A stretch of 64,000 nt of DNA, taken from contig CAWHCF010000007.1 of NCBI GenBank assembly GCA_963827655.1, positions 29,376-93,375 of the forward strand. The letters run 5' to 3'. The DNA comes from an uncultured Acidobacteriota bacterium (GTDB lineage Bacteria > Acidobacteriota > UBA6911). Below, piece after piece: positions 11,089 through 21,612 of the stretch. The notes under the pieces are model-generated. The model had not been told where the DNA came from. It saw nothing but the letters and a program-made list of their open reading frames with translations, and did no database searches. The translations under genes and the position numbers were made by a program. Numbering within the stretch: the stretch's first letter is position 1; each line of letters begins with the position of its first letter.

Positions 11089-13362
11089 CTACCGCACTCC
11101 AAGCTGTTTCAGCATGACGGCTACGTCGGTAGTGGGGAGCTTGCAAGCGTAGTTTTCACACACGTACGCCGTCGCCTTGCCGTTCAGCCTTTTCACCGTT
11201 TTAAGGAAGGGTAGATACTGAATCAAGAATTGCTGTCCGGCTCCGCCATCGGCAAGCAAGACGACTTTCCCCGGAATGTACTGCCGGTGCACCTCACGCA
11301 ACATTTTCTGCGTGTCCGCGCGCTGAGGGCTGCCGGCAATGATAATCTGTTTCGGCTTGTCGAGATGAAAGTCGAGTGCCACTAACAGCTGAGGCATAGC
11401 CTGCGGTTGTTGCTTGGCCCGCTCCCCGAATAAGGCCAGCGACCGCTCCGCCATCTCACGCCATTGCCCGCTGTCGGTCATTTGCGCCAGGCGCGAGAGA
11501 TTCCACAACGCGATCGAGTTGCCCGCCGGCTCCGCGCCGTCATAGTCTTCCTTGGTTCGGAACAGAAGCGTAGAATCTTTTCCGGAAGTATCGAAAAAAC
11601 CGCCATTCTCGCCGTCATAAAACAAAGCATTCTGCTCGCCGGTCAGCTCGATGGCCAGCTTGAGCCAGCGAATATTCAGGGACGCCTCGTACAGGTCCAG
11701 CAAGCCCATCGTGAAGAATGCGTAGTCGTCGAGATTAGCCGCGAAGCGAGCCTCTCCATCACGATACCGGCGCAGGAGTCGCTTCGCTTTGGCATCGTAC
11801 AGTTTCTGATAGATGAAATCTGCGGCTCTTTCCCCCGCGCGAAGATAGGCAGGATCCTCTAACGCCTGGGAGGCTCGGGCAAAGGCCGAAATCATGAGAC
11901 CGTTCCACGAGGTCAGGATTTTGTCGTCAAGGTGAGGCCGGGGCCGGCGCTGACGTTCCCGGAGAAGTCTGGCGCGAGAATCGGCCAGATCCCGAGCGAT
12001 CTGATCGGGCGTCTGCTGGAACTTCTTCGCGGTCTCGTCAATGGGATGTTCAACGTAAAGAATATTCTTTCCTGAAAATACCTTGTGGACATCTTCCAGC
12101 GCATTGCCTTGGGACCTGATGCCGTACCGGTACTTGAATACCTTTGCCCGATCGCCTGCCAGAACCTGCTCGATCTCTTCCTCCGTCCACAGGTAGAAGG
12201 CGCCCTCTTCTTTCTCGCCGGGTTTGTCAAAGTCCACGGGACTCTCGGCATCCTCGGCCGAGTAGAACCCTCCTTCCGGATCGGTCATGACGCCGAGCAC
12301 GTAGGTGAGGGTCTCCCTGGCGGTTGCCGCGTAATCCAGATTGCGGGTGATCTGATAAGCGTCGACGTACGAACTGACCAGCAGCGCCTGGTCGTAAAGC
12401 ATCTTTTCGAAATGCGGGACGCGCCACTGACCGTCGACCGAATACCGGTGAAAGCCTCCGCCGAGATGGTCGTAAATCCCTCCGGCGCGCATTTTTTGGA
12501 GGGTCGCCAGCACCATGCGGAGCGCGTCGGCTTCGTTGAACCTGGAATGATAACGCAACAGGAAATTCAACGTTACCGGGCGGGGAAACTTCGGCCGCCC
12601 GCCGAACCCGCCATAAAGCGGGTCAAAGCTTTGCTGGAATTGTTCGTACGCGGTCTTCAAAATGGATTTCTGTGGTTCGACCCCGGTTTTGGCACCGACA
12701 GAGCTCAGCTTGAGGACCTCGGTGATCTCCCGGCTGGATTGCAGGATCTTCTCGGGATCGGCCGTCCAGATTTCTTGGATCTCGCCTATGAGTTCGCGAA
12801 ACCTGTCGGCCGGAATATAGGACCGTCCGAAAAATGGCTTCAGGTCCGGGGTCAGGAAAAGCGACATGGGCCAGCCGCCTCCCCCGGTCAGCGCCTGAAG
12901 CGCGTTCATGTAAATCCGATCCACGTCGGGGCGCTCTTCGCGGTCGACTTTGACATTGACAAAATACTTGTTGACCACGCCGGCGATCTCCTCGTTCTCG
13001 AACACCTGCCGTTCCATGACGTGGCACCAGTAACAAGAGGAGTACCCGACGGAGAGAAAGATCAGCTTATTCTCTTTGCGCGCCCTGACAAACGCTTCTT
13101 CGCCCCACGGGTGCCAGTCTACCGGATTGAAAGCATGCTGCAGCAGGTAAGGGCTCTTCTCGTTAACCAGACGATTGGGCTTCTTCCCTTTTCGCAGTTG
13201 ATCGGCCACGAAGGTTGCCGCCGTGTTCTCCGAGCCCCGGACCACGTTCGGTCGGTCTTGCGAGGACCGCGTCGTGCCGACGCTGAAAGCCACAACCGCG
13301 GCCGCCGCCAAAACCATTGATCCGAGACTTTTCCGATATGCGCGCATCCCCTTCGTCTTCAT
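11089..13362 (-). CDS. Thioredoxin-domain protein, YyaL/SPATA20 (DUF255) family, with an N-terminal signal-like segment
   Basis: [49 protein letters not shown] and [14 protein letters not shown]. Confidence 0.93.
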   Translation of the reverse strand: MKTKGMRAYRKSLGSMVLAAAAVVAFSVGTTRSSQDRPNVVRGSENTAATFVADQLRKGKKPNRLVNEKSPYLLQHAFNPVDWHPWGEEAFVRARKENKLIFLSVGYSSCYWCHVMERQVFENEEIAGVVNKYFVNVKVDREERPDVDRIYMNALQALTGGGGWPMSLFLTPDLKPFFGRSYIPADRFRELIGEIQEIWTADPEKILQSSREITEVLKLSSVGAKTGVEPQKSILKTAYEQFQQSFDPLYGGFGGRPKFPRPVTLNFLLRYHSRFNEADALRMVLATLQKMRAGGIYDHLGGGFHRYSVDGQWRVPHFEKMLYDQALLVSSYVDAYQITRNLDYAATARETLTYVLGVMTDPEGGFYSAEDAESPVDFDKPGEKEEGAFYLWTEEEIEQVLAGDRAKVFKYRYGIRSQGNALEDVHKVFSGKNILYVEHPIDETAKKFQQTPDQIARDLADSRARLLRERQRRPRPHLDDKILTSWNGLMISAFARASQALEDPAYLRAGERAADFIYQKLYDAKAKRLLRRYRDGEARFAANLDDYAFFTMGLLDLYEASLNIRWLKLAIELTGEQNALFYDGENGGFFDTSGKDSTLLFRTKEDYDGAEPAGNSIALWNLSRLAQMTDSGQWREMAERSLALFGERAKQQPQAMPQLLVALDFHLDKPKQIIIAGSPQRADTQKMLREVHRQYIPGKVVLLADGGAGQQFLIQYLPFLKTVKRLNGKATAYVCENYACKLPTTDVAVMLKQLGVR

Positions 13363-13387
13363 GACAAAAGTATACTAGCAACGAGGT

Positions 13388-13458
13388 TTAGTGTCTTCGC
13401 GTCTTCGTGGTTAGTGCAGCGGAACAAAAAACCACCACTGAGACGCGAAGACGCGAAG
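13388..13458. repeat. 8-mer-unit palindromic REP-like element (full hairpin)
   Basis: GTCTTCGCGTCTTCGTGGT...GAACAAAAAA...ACCAC.GAGACGCGAAGACGCGAAG; similar to 63484-63569. Confidence 0.8.
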
Positions 13459-13470
13459 TAAGATAAACCT

Positions 13471-14688
13471 GTGGATCATCATCGGCGATTTGAAAGCATG
13501 CGGTCGACACTCTTGCGCTCGAACCATTTCTACCGACCGCGGCTCGAGCGGCAGCTACCTTTTTCCGAGCTTCCATTCACTTCTAAAGCAGAGCTCGTGG
13601 AAGATCAGGCGATGAATGCTCCGTTCGGGACCAACCTGACCTACCCTGTTTCATCCTACACGCGAATGCATCAGACCTCGGGAACGGCCGGGAAACCGCT
13701 ACTGTGGCTGGACACACCCGAGTCCTGGGACTGGTTCCTCCGGTGCTGGGAGGAAGTTTACCGGGGAGCGGGAGTTCGAACGGGCGATTGCGTGTTTGTC
13801 GCGTTTTCATTTGGTCCTTTCATCGGATTCTGGGGTGCGTTTGAGGCGGCGCAACGAATGAAAGTGATGGCGTTGTCGGGCGGAGGGCAGTCCACCGCGC
13901 AGCGTCTTCGGACGATTCTAGACCGCCAGGCCACGGTCCTGGTGTGTACGCCAACCTATGCGCTGCGGCTGGCGGACGCGGCCACCGAGGAGGGTCTGGA
14001 TATTCGGTCCAGTTCCATCCGGGTCACGATCCATGCCGGCGAACCCGGGGCCAGCATTCCCTCGGTCCGGAAACGCATCCAGGACTCCTGGGGAGCTCGT
14101 ACTTACGACCATACGGGGATGACGGAAATCGGCGCCTACGGCTTCGAATGTGAAAGCCAGGCCGGCGTCCATATTAATGAAGACGAATTCATCCCCGAGG
14201 TGATTGACCCGGTCACCCTTCAGCCGGCGGAGCGCGGTGAAAGAGGCGAGCTCGTATTAACCAACCTCGGACGCCTGGGCATGCCGCTGATTCGCTATCG
14301 CACCGGGGACCTGGTGGTTCTTTCGCGCCAACCGTGCGCCTGCGGGCGCAAGTCGGTCCGTATGGTCGGGGGAATCCTGGGACGGACCGACGACATGATC
14401 ACCGTCCGTGGCGTGAATCTGTTTCCCAGCGCCGTAGAAAACATCATCCGCAGACATCCGGAAGTGGTCGAATTCTCCATCGAAGTTTCTCGCCGTCGGC
14501 AAATGCAGGAACTGGCGTTGAAGCTGGAGCTGCGAGACACGGTCGATGGGGCTGCGGTGGTAGAACGCATCGGCCGCGAGTTGCTACTCGATCTTCACAT
14601 CCGCGCCGTCATTGAGTGCGTTCCTGCCGGGCAATTGCCTCGATTCGAATTGAAGTCGCGCCGCATCCGCGTCGTCGATTCCGCTTAG
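13471..14688 (+). CDS. Phenylacetate-CoA ligase family protein (PaaK-like)
   Basis: HQTSGTAGKP P-loop, HAGEPG, GMTE, PLIRYRTGD and GRTDDMITVRGVNLFPSAVE. Confidence 0.9.
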   Translation: MDHHRRFESMRSTLLRSNHFYRPRLERQLPFSELPFTSKAELVEDQAMNAPFGTNLTYPVSSYTRMHQTSGTAGKPLLWLDTPESWDWFLRCWEEVYRGAGVRTGDCVFVAFSFGPFIGFWGAFEAAQRMKVMALSGGGQSTAQRLRTILDRQATVLVCTPTYALRLADAATEEGLDIRSSSIRVTIHAGEPGASIPSVRKRIQDSWGARTYDHTGMTEIGAYGFECESQAGVHINEDEFIPEVIDPVTLQPAERGERGELVLTNLGRLGMPLIRYRTGDLVVLSRQPCACGRKSVRMVGGILGRTDDMITVRGVNLFPSAVENIIRRHPEVVEFSIEVSRRRQMQELALKLELRDTVDGAAVVERIGRELLLDLHIRAVIECVPAGQLPRFELKSRRIRVVDSA

Positions 14689-14723
14689 TGTTTCTTCGTG
14701 TCTTCGTGTCCTGGTGGTATTTG
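14684..14723. repeat. 8-mer REP-like half element
   Basis: CTTAGTGTTTCTTCGTGTCTTCGTGTCCTGGTGGTATTTG; includes the ligase stop codon. Confidence 0.75.
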
Positions 14724-14738
14724 TTTGCGCTTTTTCAG

Positions 14739-14800
14739 TTGACAGGCGCACCCCCAGGCATAAGACAGAACGATGGTTCAATCTTCGAACAGACGTTCAA
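14739..14800 (+). promoter_or_regulatory. Putative sigma70 promoter plus tandem palindromic operator for TetR
   Basis: TTGACA (14739)-N16-TAAGAC; GAAC-N4-GTTCAA at 14768 and again at 14787. Confidence 0.5.
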
Positions 14801-15411
14801 AAAGCGGCCAAGCCCGCATGCGCCGCCGCTATGATGCCCGGCGTCTGGATATCCTGAGCGCGGCCTCCAAGGCCTTTCGCCAGCGGGGCTTCGCCGCCAC
14901 CGGCATGCGGCAGATCGCCGACGTGGCAGGACTCTCCCCCGGCAACCTCTACCACTACTTCAAAGGAAAACAGGAACTGCTCTATTTCTGCCAGGATCAT
15001 TCCCTCGAGAAGATGCTCGCGGCTCTTCGGCAAACCCGAATTTCGGGCGAGACCGCCGCGGGCAAGCTCAGGATCGTCATAGACGCTCACGTGCGCTGCA
15101 TACTCGACGAGATCGAAGGGTCGGTGGCACACCTGGAGGTCGACGGGCTCCCTGCAACCTTGCGACGGCGTCTCCTGGCGAAGCGTGACCGCTACGAGCG
15201 CGGAATTCGCCGCCTCGTGGCGGCAGGAACCACGTCGGGCGAGTTTGTCGCGTGTGATCCCAAGCTCGCCACGCTGGTGATTCTCGGATCGCTCAACTGG
15301 ACGGCGCGCTGGTTCCGCCCCGAGGGGGACCAATCCGCGCGCGAGATCGCCGAAGCCTTTGCCGATTACCTGATCCGCGGGTTAGAGAAACGAAAGGGAG
15401 TCAAAACTTGA
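14773..15411 (+). CDS. TetR/AcrR family regulator (KstR2/PaaR-like C-terminus)
   Basis: F.QRGFAATGMRQIA..AGLSPGNLYHYFKGKQEL HTH; LGSLNWTARWFRPEG. Start could instead be ATG 14818. Confidence 0.92.
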   Translation: MVQSSNRRSKSGQARMRRRYDARRLDILSAASKAFRQRGFAATGMRQIADVAGLSPGNLYHYFKGKQELLYFCQDHSLEKMLAALRQTRISGETAAGKLRIVIDAHVRCILDEIEGSVAHLEVDGLPATLRRRLLAKRDRYERGIRRLVAAGTTSGEFVACDPKLATLVILGSLNWTARWFRPEGDQSAREIAEAFADYLIRGLEKRKGVKT

Positions 15412-16004
15412 AGAGTGATTCCTGCAGCCAATGTTACCTTGAGCCTAAAAATGAGATTCTCAAGGCCGCCACCATTGCGCTTCGTCTGAACGGGGAAGAT
15501 GTCGAGGTGGCGTTTGCCCCTTACAAGACACTGCTTGAAGTCCTCAGGGAGGATCTCGGGCTCACCGGAACCAAGCACGGCTGCGAACTGGGCGAGTGCG
15601 GAGCCTGTACCGTGCTGCTTGACGGAGAACCCGTCCTCTCGTGTCTGGTCCTGGGACTCGAGTGCGACGGGCGCGAGGTCCACACCGTCGAGGGGTTGGC
15701 GTGCCAGGGAAAACTCCACCCGCTGCAGGAAGCCTTCGCGGTCCTGGGCGCTGCGCAGTGCGGCTACTGCACGCCGGCCATTCTGGTCACCGCCAAAGCG
15801 CTGCTCGACCGGGTCGCAAGTCCGACGCGCGACGAGATTCGTCAGGCTCTCTCCGGCACTCTGTGCCGCTGTACCGGCTACCTGCAGATCTTCGAAGCGG
15901 TCGAAGCCGCAATCCTGGCGTTGCGCGACGGGGTCAGGACTGATACGGCGGCTGCTTGCGCCGCGGCGGACCGAACCGTCCGCGAACGGGGAGAAGAGCC
16001 GTGA
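15408..16004 (+). CDS. (2Fe-2S)-binding small subunit, HcrC/CoxS-like
   Basis: GCELGECGACTV...SC, QCGYC and LCRCTGY. Confidence 0.92.
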   Translation: MKSDSCSQCYLEPKNEILKAATIALRLNGEDVEVAFAPYKTLLEVLREDLGLTGTKHGCELGECGACTVLLDGEPVLSCLVLGLECDGREVHTVEGLACQGKLHPLQEAFAVLGAAQCGYCTPAILVTAKALLDRVASPTRDEIRQALSGTLCRCTGYLQIFEAVEAAILALRDGVRTDTAAACAAADRTVRERGEEP

Positions 16005-18463
16005 ACGGGGCTACCCACACGATTATCGGCATACCCCGGCGGCGCGTCGATGGACGCGCGAAAGTGACCGGGCAGACCCGCTTCGCCGACGATGTCGTCC
16101 TGCCCCGCATGCTCTACTGCAAGCTCTTGAGATCGCCCCATCCGCATGCCCGGATCCTCGGCATCGATACCGCGCGCGCGCGTGCCCGTCCAGGCGTCCA
16201 ACTCGTTCTCACCGGAAAGGACCTCCCGATCGAATATGGAATTCTACCGGTAACCCAGGATGAGCAGGCGCTGTGCGTCGAGCGGGTCCGTTTTGTAGGC
16301 GACCCGGTCGCCGCGGTAATCGCGCGAGACGAACTCACGGCATTCGAAGCGCTCGACCTCATCACGGTTGACTACCAGGCGCTGCCAACCATCGCAGACC
16401 CCGAGCAGAGTCTCGAGGTGGCTGAGCCTCAGATTCACGGGTATGGTGAGGAAGGAAATATTCACAAGCGCGTCTCTTTTGACTTCGGCGACGCAGACGC
16501 AGGGTTCGTCGAGGCGGACCACATTTTCGAGGACACGTTCTTCTACCAGGGAAACACCCATCTTCCCATCGAGCAGCACGCGGCCGTCGCGGCAGTCGAT
16601 CCTGATGGAAAGCTCACAGTCTGGTCCAGCACCCAGACCCCGCACTACCTTCATCGCGCCCTGGCAAAAGTGCTGGAACTCTCTCCCGCCCACATCCGGG
16701 TGATTGCCACACCAAACGGCGGCGGCTTCGGCGGGAAGAGTGATCCTTTCAACCATGAGATCGTCGTGGCAAAGGCGGCCCTCCTTCTCGACCGGCCGGT
16801 CAAAATCTGTCTTACGCGCGAGGAAGTCTTTTACTGCCATCGCGGCCGTCACCCGGTCCTGATGGCATTCAAGACCGGCGTAAAAAGCGATGGAACGATC
16901 ACGGCCATGCACCTCAGGACCCTGATCGACGGCGGGGCTTACGGCTCTTACGGAGTAGCGAGCACGTTTTATACCGGCGCGCTTCAGACCACGACCTATC
17001 ATATTCCGCGCTACAAGTTTCAGGGGTGCCGGGTCTTCACCAACAAGCCGCCGTGCGGGCCGAAGCGCGGACACGGCACGCCCCAGCCACGGTTCGGACA
17101 GGAAGTCCAGCTCGACAAAATCGCCGAGGCCCTGTCGCTGGACCCGGCCGAACTACGCCTTCGTATCCTTGAAACACCCAACTCGGTGACGGCGAATTAC
17201 ATTCGCCTGGGAACAGTCGGCCTCGATCAGTGCATTCGCCGGGCCGTTGCAATTTCCGGCTGGAAGGAGAAATTCCGAAAGCTGCCCGAGGGGAAAGGGG
17301 TCGGCCTCGCCTGCTCTGCCTACCTCACCGGGGCGGGATTGGCGATCTACTGGAACTCGATGCCGCATTCCGGCGTTCAACTCAAGCTCGACCGTGGCGG
17401 GGGTGTCGCCGTCTTCTCCGGGGCGACTGAAATTGGTCAGGGTTCTGATGACGTGCTCGTGGCCATTATCGCCGAGGTGCTGGGGGTTCATCCCTTCGAT
17501 ATCCGCGCGGTAACCGGAGATACCGACCTGACTCCCGTCGACCTGGGATCCTACTCGAGCCGCGTGACATTGATGATGGGAAATGCCGCCATTCAAGCCG
17601 CCGAACGCGCGAGAGATATGCTTGCCGATGCGGTGGCTCGTCACCTTGACCTGCCGAAGGCACGGCTGATCTTTGCCGACCGCCGCGTGTTCGATTCGGA
17701 AGACACGGACAGAGGAGTCAGTTTCAGGGAGGCAGTCTGTCTGGCGGAGGCCATTTTCGGAACCATCGGGACGGTCGGCTCCTACACCCCGCCGCCATCA
17801 CCGGCGCGCTTCAAGGGAGGAGGCGTGGGCCCGTCGCCGACATACTCGTACACGGCGGCCGTCGTCGCCGTGGACGTCGATCCGGCCACAGGTTGGATTA
17901 CGGTGCCCAACATCTGGGTGGTGCATGACATCGGGTGCGCGATCAACCCGACTCTGGCGCGCGGGCAAGTCGAAGGAAGCGTCTACATGGCGCTGGGGGA
18001 GGCGCTTATGGAGGAACAGCTTTTTCGCCGTCTCCCGCCGAAATTTTCGAACGCGCTGGTCCACAAGTTTCCCTCGATCCTGGAATACAAGAGCCCGACC
18101 TCACTCGACATGCCGGAGATCGTCACCGAGCTGGTCGGGGTTCCCGATCCCAGGGGGCCGTTCGGCGCCAAAGAGGTCGGACAGGGTCCCCTGCTTCCGA
18201 TCATGCCGGCGCTGGCGAACGCCGTTTACGACGCGATCGGAGTTCGAATCGATGAGGTCCCGATCACCCCGGAGAAGGTCGTCAAGGCGCTCGACGCCAA
18301 GAGGGCAGGGCGGCCCGCCCGATTCGGCCCCGCGGCCTTTCCCGACATCCGTTGGCCCGAGTCACTGCGGGTTACGACACCCTGGCAAGGTGGGGACGGC
18401 CGAGCCCTGAATGAGCCGGCTCGAAAGTCGAGTCCGCGACGAGAAAAGGTGATTTTCACATGA
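16001..18463 (+). CDS. Molybdopterin-binding large subunit, xanthine oxidase family (HcrA-like)
   Basis: KVTG...RSPHPHARI, GGGFGGK, RGHG, EIGQG, GSYSSR, INPTLARGQVEG and GPFGAKEVGQG; GTG 16001 overlaps the previous stop. Confidence 0.92.
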   Translation: MNGATHTIIGIPRRRVDGRAKVTGQTRFADDVVLPRMLYCKLLRSPHPHARILGIDTARARARPGVQLVLTGKDLPIEYGILPVTQDEQALCVERVRFVGDPVAAVIARDELTAFEALDLITVDYQALPTIADPEQSLEVAEPQIHGYGEEGNIHKRVSFDFGDADAGFVEADHIFEDTFFYQGNTHLPIEQHAAVAAVDPDGKLTVWSSTQTPHYLHRALAKVLELSPAHIRVIATPNGGGFGGKSDPFNHEIVVAKAALLLDRPVKICLTREEVFYCHRGRHPVLMAFKTGVKSDGTITAMHLRTLIDGGAYGSYGVASTFYTGALQTTTYHIPRYKFQGCRVFTNKPPCGPKRGHGTPQPRFGQEVQLDKIAEALSLDPAELRLRILETPNSVTANYIRLGTVGLDQCIRRAVAISGWKEKFRKLPEGKGVGLACSAYLTGAGLAIYWNSMPHSGVQLKLDRGGGVAVFSGATEIGQGSDDVLVAIIAEVLGVHPFDIRAVTGDTDLTPVDLGSYSSRVTLMMGNAAIQAAERARDMLADAVARHLDLPKARLIFADRRVFDSEDTDRGVSFREAVCLAEAIFGTIGTVGSYTPPPSPARFKGGGVGPSPTYSYTAAVVAVDVDPATGWITVPNIWVVHDIGCAINPTLARGQVEGSVYMALGEALMEEQLFRRLPPKFSNALVHKFPSILEYKSPTSLDMPEIVTELVGVPDPRGPFGAKEVGQGPLLPIMPALANAVYDAIGVRIDEVPITPEKVVKALDAKRAGRPARFGPAAFPDIRWPESLRVTTPWQGGDGRALNEPARKSSPRREKVIFT

Positions 18464-19500
18464 TGCGGCTTCCCCTTTTTCAATATCGCGCGCCGCGCAG
18501 CCTGAGCGAGGCATCTCGTATCCTCGAAGGAGAAGGGGCGCGCGCAATGCTCCTGGCCGGTGGTACCGACCTGCTCCCCAATATGAAGCGGAGGCAGCAA
18601 GTTCCTGCTACGCTGGTCGCCCTTCGGCGCGTGAAGGGGCTGCGCGAGACGCGGGTTCGAAAAGAAAACGGACTCGCCCTTGGGCCCTGTTTGACCATAA
18701 CAGAGATTGCACGAAACTCGCGGATCAAGGAGCAATACACGGCACTGTGGCAGGCGGCGTCTCAAATCGCAACTCCGCACATCCGCAACCTGGGGACTCT
18801 GGGCGGCAATCTTTGTCTCGATACTCGCTGCAATTATTACAACCAGAGCTACGAATGGAGGAAGGCGATCAATTTCTGCATAAAAAAGGAGGGCGACATG
18901 TGCTGGGTGGCAACGGGGAGCCGCCGCTGCGTCGCGGTCTCGTCGACCGATACCGCGCCGGCGCTCATGGCGCTCGGAGCTCGACTGCGCCTGGTTTCGC
19001 AACGCGGCGAGCGTGAGATCGATCTGGTGGATTTTTATCGGAACGACGGTATCGAGTATCTGACACGCCGCCCGGATGAGATTCTGTCCGAAGTCCTGCT
19101 GGATTCTCGGGCAGGATGGCGGAGCACTTACTGGAAGCTTCGCCGCCGCGGCTCCTTCGATTTCCCGGTTCTTTCGGTCGCAGCGGCCGCCCGAATCGAC
19201 GGTGACGGAGTGGTGGAAAACGCTCGCGTCGTGATCGGGTCGGCGGCCTCATGCCCTATGATCGCCGCGCAAGCGTGCGACTTCCTCGCCGGCCGACGCC
19301 TGGACGATGAGACGATCGAGGAAGCGGCCACGCTGGCTGCGCGGGTTGCGAAGCCGCTGGACAACACTGACTTTGCCATGGGATGGCGCAAGAAGGTGGC
19401 GCGCGAGTTTGCCACGTATGCTCTTCGCGAACTCCGCGGCGACGACACGCGCCTTGCACGCGAGCGCCTCGTGCGCCATTCCTTGTTTTATCAAGGCTAG
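18460..19500 (+). CDS. FAD-binding subunit with [4Fe-4S] insertion (HcrB-like)
   Basis: AGGTDLLP; GTLGGNLCLDTRC...FC...C...C cysteine insertion typical of the 4-HBCR beta subunit. Confidence 0.9.
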   Translation: MMRLPLFQYRAPRSLSEASRILEGEGARAMLLAGGTDLLPNMKRRQQVPATLVALRRVKGLRETRVRKENGLALGPCLTITEIARNSRIKEQYTALWQAASQIATPHIRNLGTLGGNLCLDTRCNYYNQSYEWRKAINFCIKKEGDMCWVATGSRRCVAVSSTDTAPALMALGARLRLVSQRGEREIDLVDFYRNDGIEYLTRRPDEILSEVLLDSRAGWRSTYWKLRRRGSFDFPVLSVAAAARIDGDGVVENARVVIGSAASCPMIAAQACDFLAGRRLDDETIEEAATLAARVAKPLDNTDFAMGWRKKVAREFATYALRELRGDDTRLARERLVRHSLFYQG

Positions 19501-19667
19501 CAGCTGTTACTCCACCGCTAAGCCGCAAAGACGCCACGCAGCGCGGGCAGGGAGCGCGCCTGACAACAACATAAAGTCGTCTCCGCGGCGGTTCATAACG
19601 ATGTACACTTACTCGGGGACGTCCGCAGTGGGCCCTGCCCACTGCCCTGATTAAGGAGGGAACGATT

Positions 19668-19967
19668 ATGGCAGAGAACGATGAAGGCAGTTTGCTCAAG
19701 AAAGCCAGGCAGGTCGGAGAACAGGTGGCGCAGGCGGCCGCTGAAGCCTCCCGGCTGAAAGATGTGGCTTCTCATGCCGTTGAAGATGCGGTGACTGAGG
19801 CCAGGCGGTTCGCCAAACGCGGCCGTAATGCCGCCGAAGACCTGGTCGACGAGGCGGCCCATCGCATCAAGCGCGATCCTATACGCTCGGTCGCCCTTGG
19901 CTTCGCGATTGGCCTCGGTGTGGGCATTTTGACCGGATTGCTGGCATCACGCCGTACCGAGGAGTAA
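19668..19967 (+). CDS. DUF883/ElaB-YqjD-like membrane-anchored protein
   Basis: AAGGAGG RBS; helical N-terminus; IKRDPIRSVALGFAIGLGVGIL C-terminal TM. Confidence 0.75.
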   Translation: MAENDEGSLLKKARQVGEQVAQAAAEASRLKDVASHAVEDAVTEARRFAKRGRNAAEDLVDEAAHRIKRDPIRSVALGFAIGLGVGILTGLLASRRTEE

Positions 19968-20003
19968 CTATCCCGGCCGGTTATCCCGAAGCAAGATTAG
20001 TAG

Positions 20004-20044
20004 TCTTAGTGTTTCTTCGTGTCTTCGCGTCTTGGTGGTATTTG
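20004..20044. repeat. 8-mer REP-like half element
   Basis: TCTTAGTGTTTCTTCGTGTCTTCGCGTCTTGGTGGTATTTG, nearly identical to the 14684 copy. Confidence 0.75.
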
Positions 20045-20061
20045 TTTCGCACGACCGGCGG

Positions 20062-20337
20062 TCAGGCTTCCGAACTCGTCGGATCGATCATCGCTTTTAC
20101 CGGAGAAATGCGGTTGGCCGGAAATCCGCCCCGCCGGGCGTGCTCTCGCACCGTCTCTTCATCGGGCGCAATGTACACACAGTAGATCTTGTCCGGGGTA
20201 ACGTAACTGTGAATCCATTGAATCTGGGGGCCCAGTTCTCTCAGCACGTCGCAAGACTTTTGCGAAATGGCCTGCAGTTCCTTCGCAGATAGTTTTCCAA
20301 CTCCTGGAATCTCTCTCTCGATCACATACTTCGGCAT
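20062..20337 (-). CDS. DUF4242 domain protein
   Basis: MPKYVIEREIPG...QWIHSYVT.DKIYCVYIAPDEE.VREHA..GGFPANRI. Confidence 0.88.
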   Translation of the reverse strand: MPKYVIEREIPGVGKLSAKELQAISQKSCDVLRELGPQIQWIHSYVTPDKIYCVYIAPDEETVREHARRGGFPANRISPVKAMIDPTSSEA

Positions 20338-20427
20338 AGCAGGTCTCCTTTTTGTCTGCGCCTCTTAACGCCGTTTCAGGGGTCCCCATGCGTTGAGTGA
20401 GCAGAGCAGAGTCAAATTAGAAAGCGG

Positions 20428-21612
20428 TCATTTATGGCTTGCTGACTTTACTATCTGGTTGATCCACACGTCAATCCGCGGCGTGTCCCAGCTGTACGGT
20501 TTTGACAGAATATCGAGGTCTCCGTCTCCGTCCAGGTCGGCGACTCTCGACTCATGATTGCCCATCCCCTTCGAAACAAGGGTGCGGGTGAAATTGCCTT
20601 TACCATCACCCAGGAGAATCCAGCTTCGGGCCTCCGGGTGGTCGGAGGCCGCTCGCGTCCAGCGCGCCATTTCGGCGCAAAATATGTCGAGGTTCCCGTC
20701 GTTATTGCAGTCGGCTACGGCGAGGCTGTGGCCGTGGATCACATCTTCCCCGAACAGGTCGTGACCGATGAAAGAAGCGCCCGACCATTCATACCACTTC
20801 AGCCGCCCGACCCCATCGCCGACCACGAATACGACCTCGGGTCTTCCCCCCTTCTTGAGCTGACCCGCTGCAGCTCGAGAGAAGCTCTGGGTTTCATCGA
20901 TGAGGTGCGAAGCATAGCGGGTTCCTCCGTCATGTTTGAACCAGCGGCCGCCCCCCACAATATCGAGCTTTCCGTCGCCATCGATATCGGCGCCGGCTAA
21001 CCCTTCGCACTCTCCGGATTCCCACGAGAAGATTTCGATCGACTGCCAGGATCCTGCTGCTCTGGGATCGTCCGGAATTTCGGCGAGATACAGCTTCCGC
21101 TCTCCCTGATTCCAAAAAACCAGCTCGGCCTTGCGGTCGCCATCAAAGTCGCCGAATATCTGGTCGTGGTGCTTCTTGCCGCCAGATTCCTTAATGAAGC
21201 GGCGAGTCCAGGCGGAGTCAGGAGCATACCGGGGATAAGGATTTTCCCACCAGTAGACCCTGTTCCCCGAGGCGTCATCACCCATCACGATGTCGAGATC
21301 TCCGTCCCCATCTATGTCGTGGAAGGCGCCCCCGGCCTCGATGGGAAGGAATTCCTTTTCGATGGCATATTTCGTCCAGCCATTCGGTTGACGCCGGTAC
21401 CACACGAGAGCCGGAGCCTTCTCGCGGGCGCCAATCACAAAGTCGTTGATTCCGTCCCGGTCGATGTCGAGCACCAGGGAGGCCGTCTGCTGGGTCGAAT
21501 GACCCGGCGCGGGAAGGTCGCCGTTCCGGCTCGAGAGCTGACCCCACGAAATCTGCTGGGGCGCGCTGAGAACCAAGAGCGATCCATAAACCAAAACCAG
21601 CCACGGAGACAC
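20428..21612 (-). CDS. FG-GAP/VCBS-repeat beta-propeller protein
   Basis: Repeated DIDGDGDLDI-type motifs. Start uncertain; the in-frame GTG at 21612 lies inside a REP half element. Confidence 0.82.
   Translation of the reverse strand: MSPWLVLVYGSLLVLSAPQQISWGQLSSRNGDLPAPGHSTQQTASLVLDIDRDGINDFVIGAREKAPALVWYRRQPNGWTKYAIEKEFLPIEAGGAFHDIDGDGDLDIVMGDDASGNRVYWWENPYPRYAPDSAWTRRFIKESGGKKHHDQIFGDFDGDRKAELVFWNQGERKLYLAEIPDDPRAAGSWQSIEIFSWESGECEGLAGADIDGDGKLDIVGGGRWFKHDGGTRYASHLIDETQSFSRAAAGQLKKGGRPEVVFVVGDGVGRLKWYEWSGASFIGHDLFGEDVIHGHSLAVADCNNDGNLDIFCAEMARWTRAASDHPEARSWILLGDGKGNFTRTLVSKGMGNHESRVADLDGDGDLDILSKPYSWDTPRIDVWINQIVKSASHK

Noticed and set aside
12085-13320. Long antisense or alternate-frame ORFs (also 43155-44348, 56651-57799, 61367-62452)
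   Set aside because: Shadow ORFs expected opposite GC-rich genes; no motifs.
14768-14800. GAAC-N4-GTTC as a LexA (Cheo) SOS box
   Set aside because: That box is typical of Firmicutes/Actinobacteria. Its position at a TetR start fits an autoregulatory operator better.
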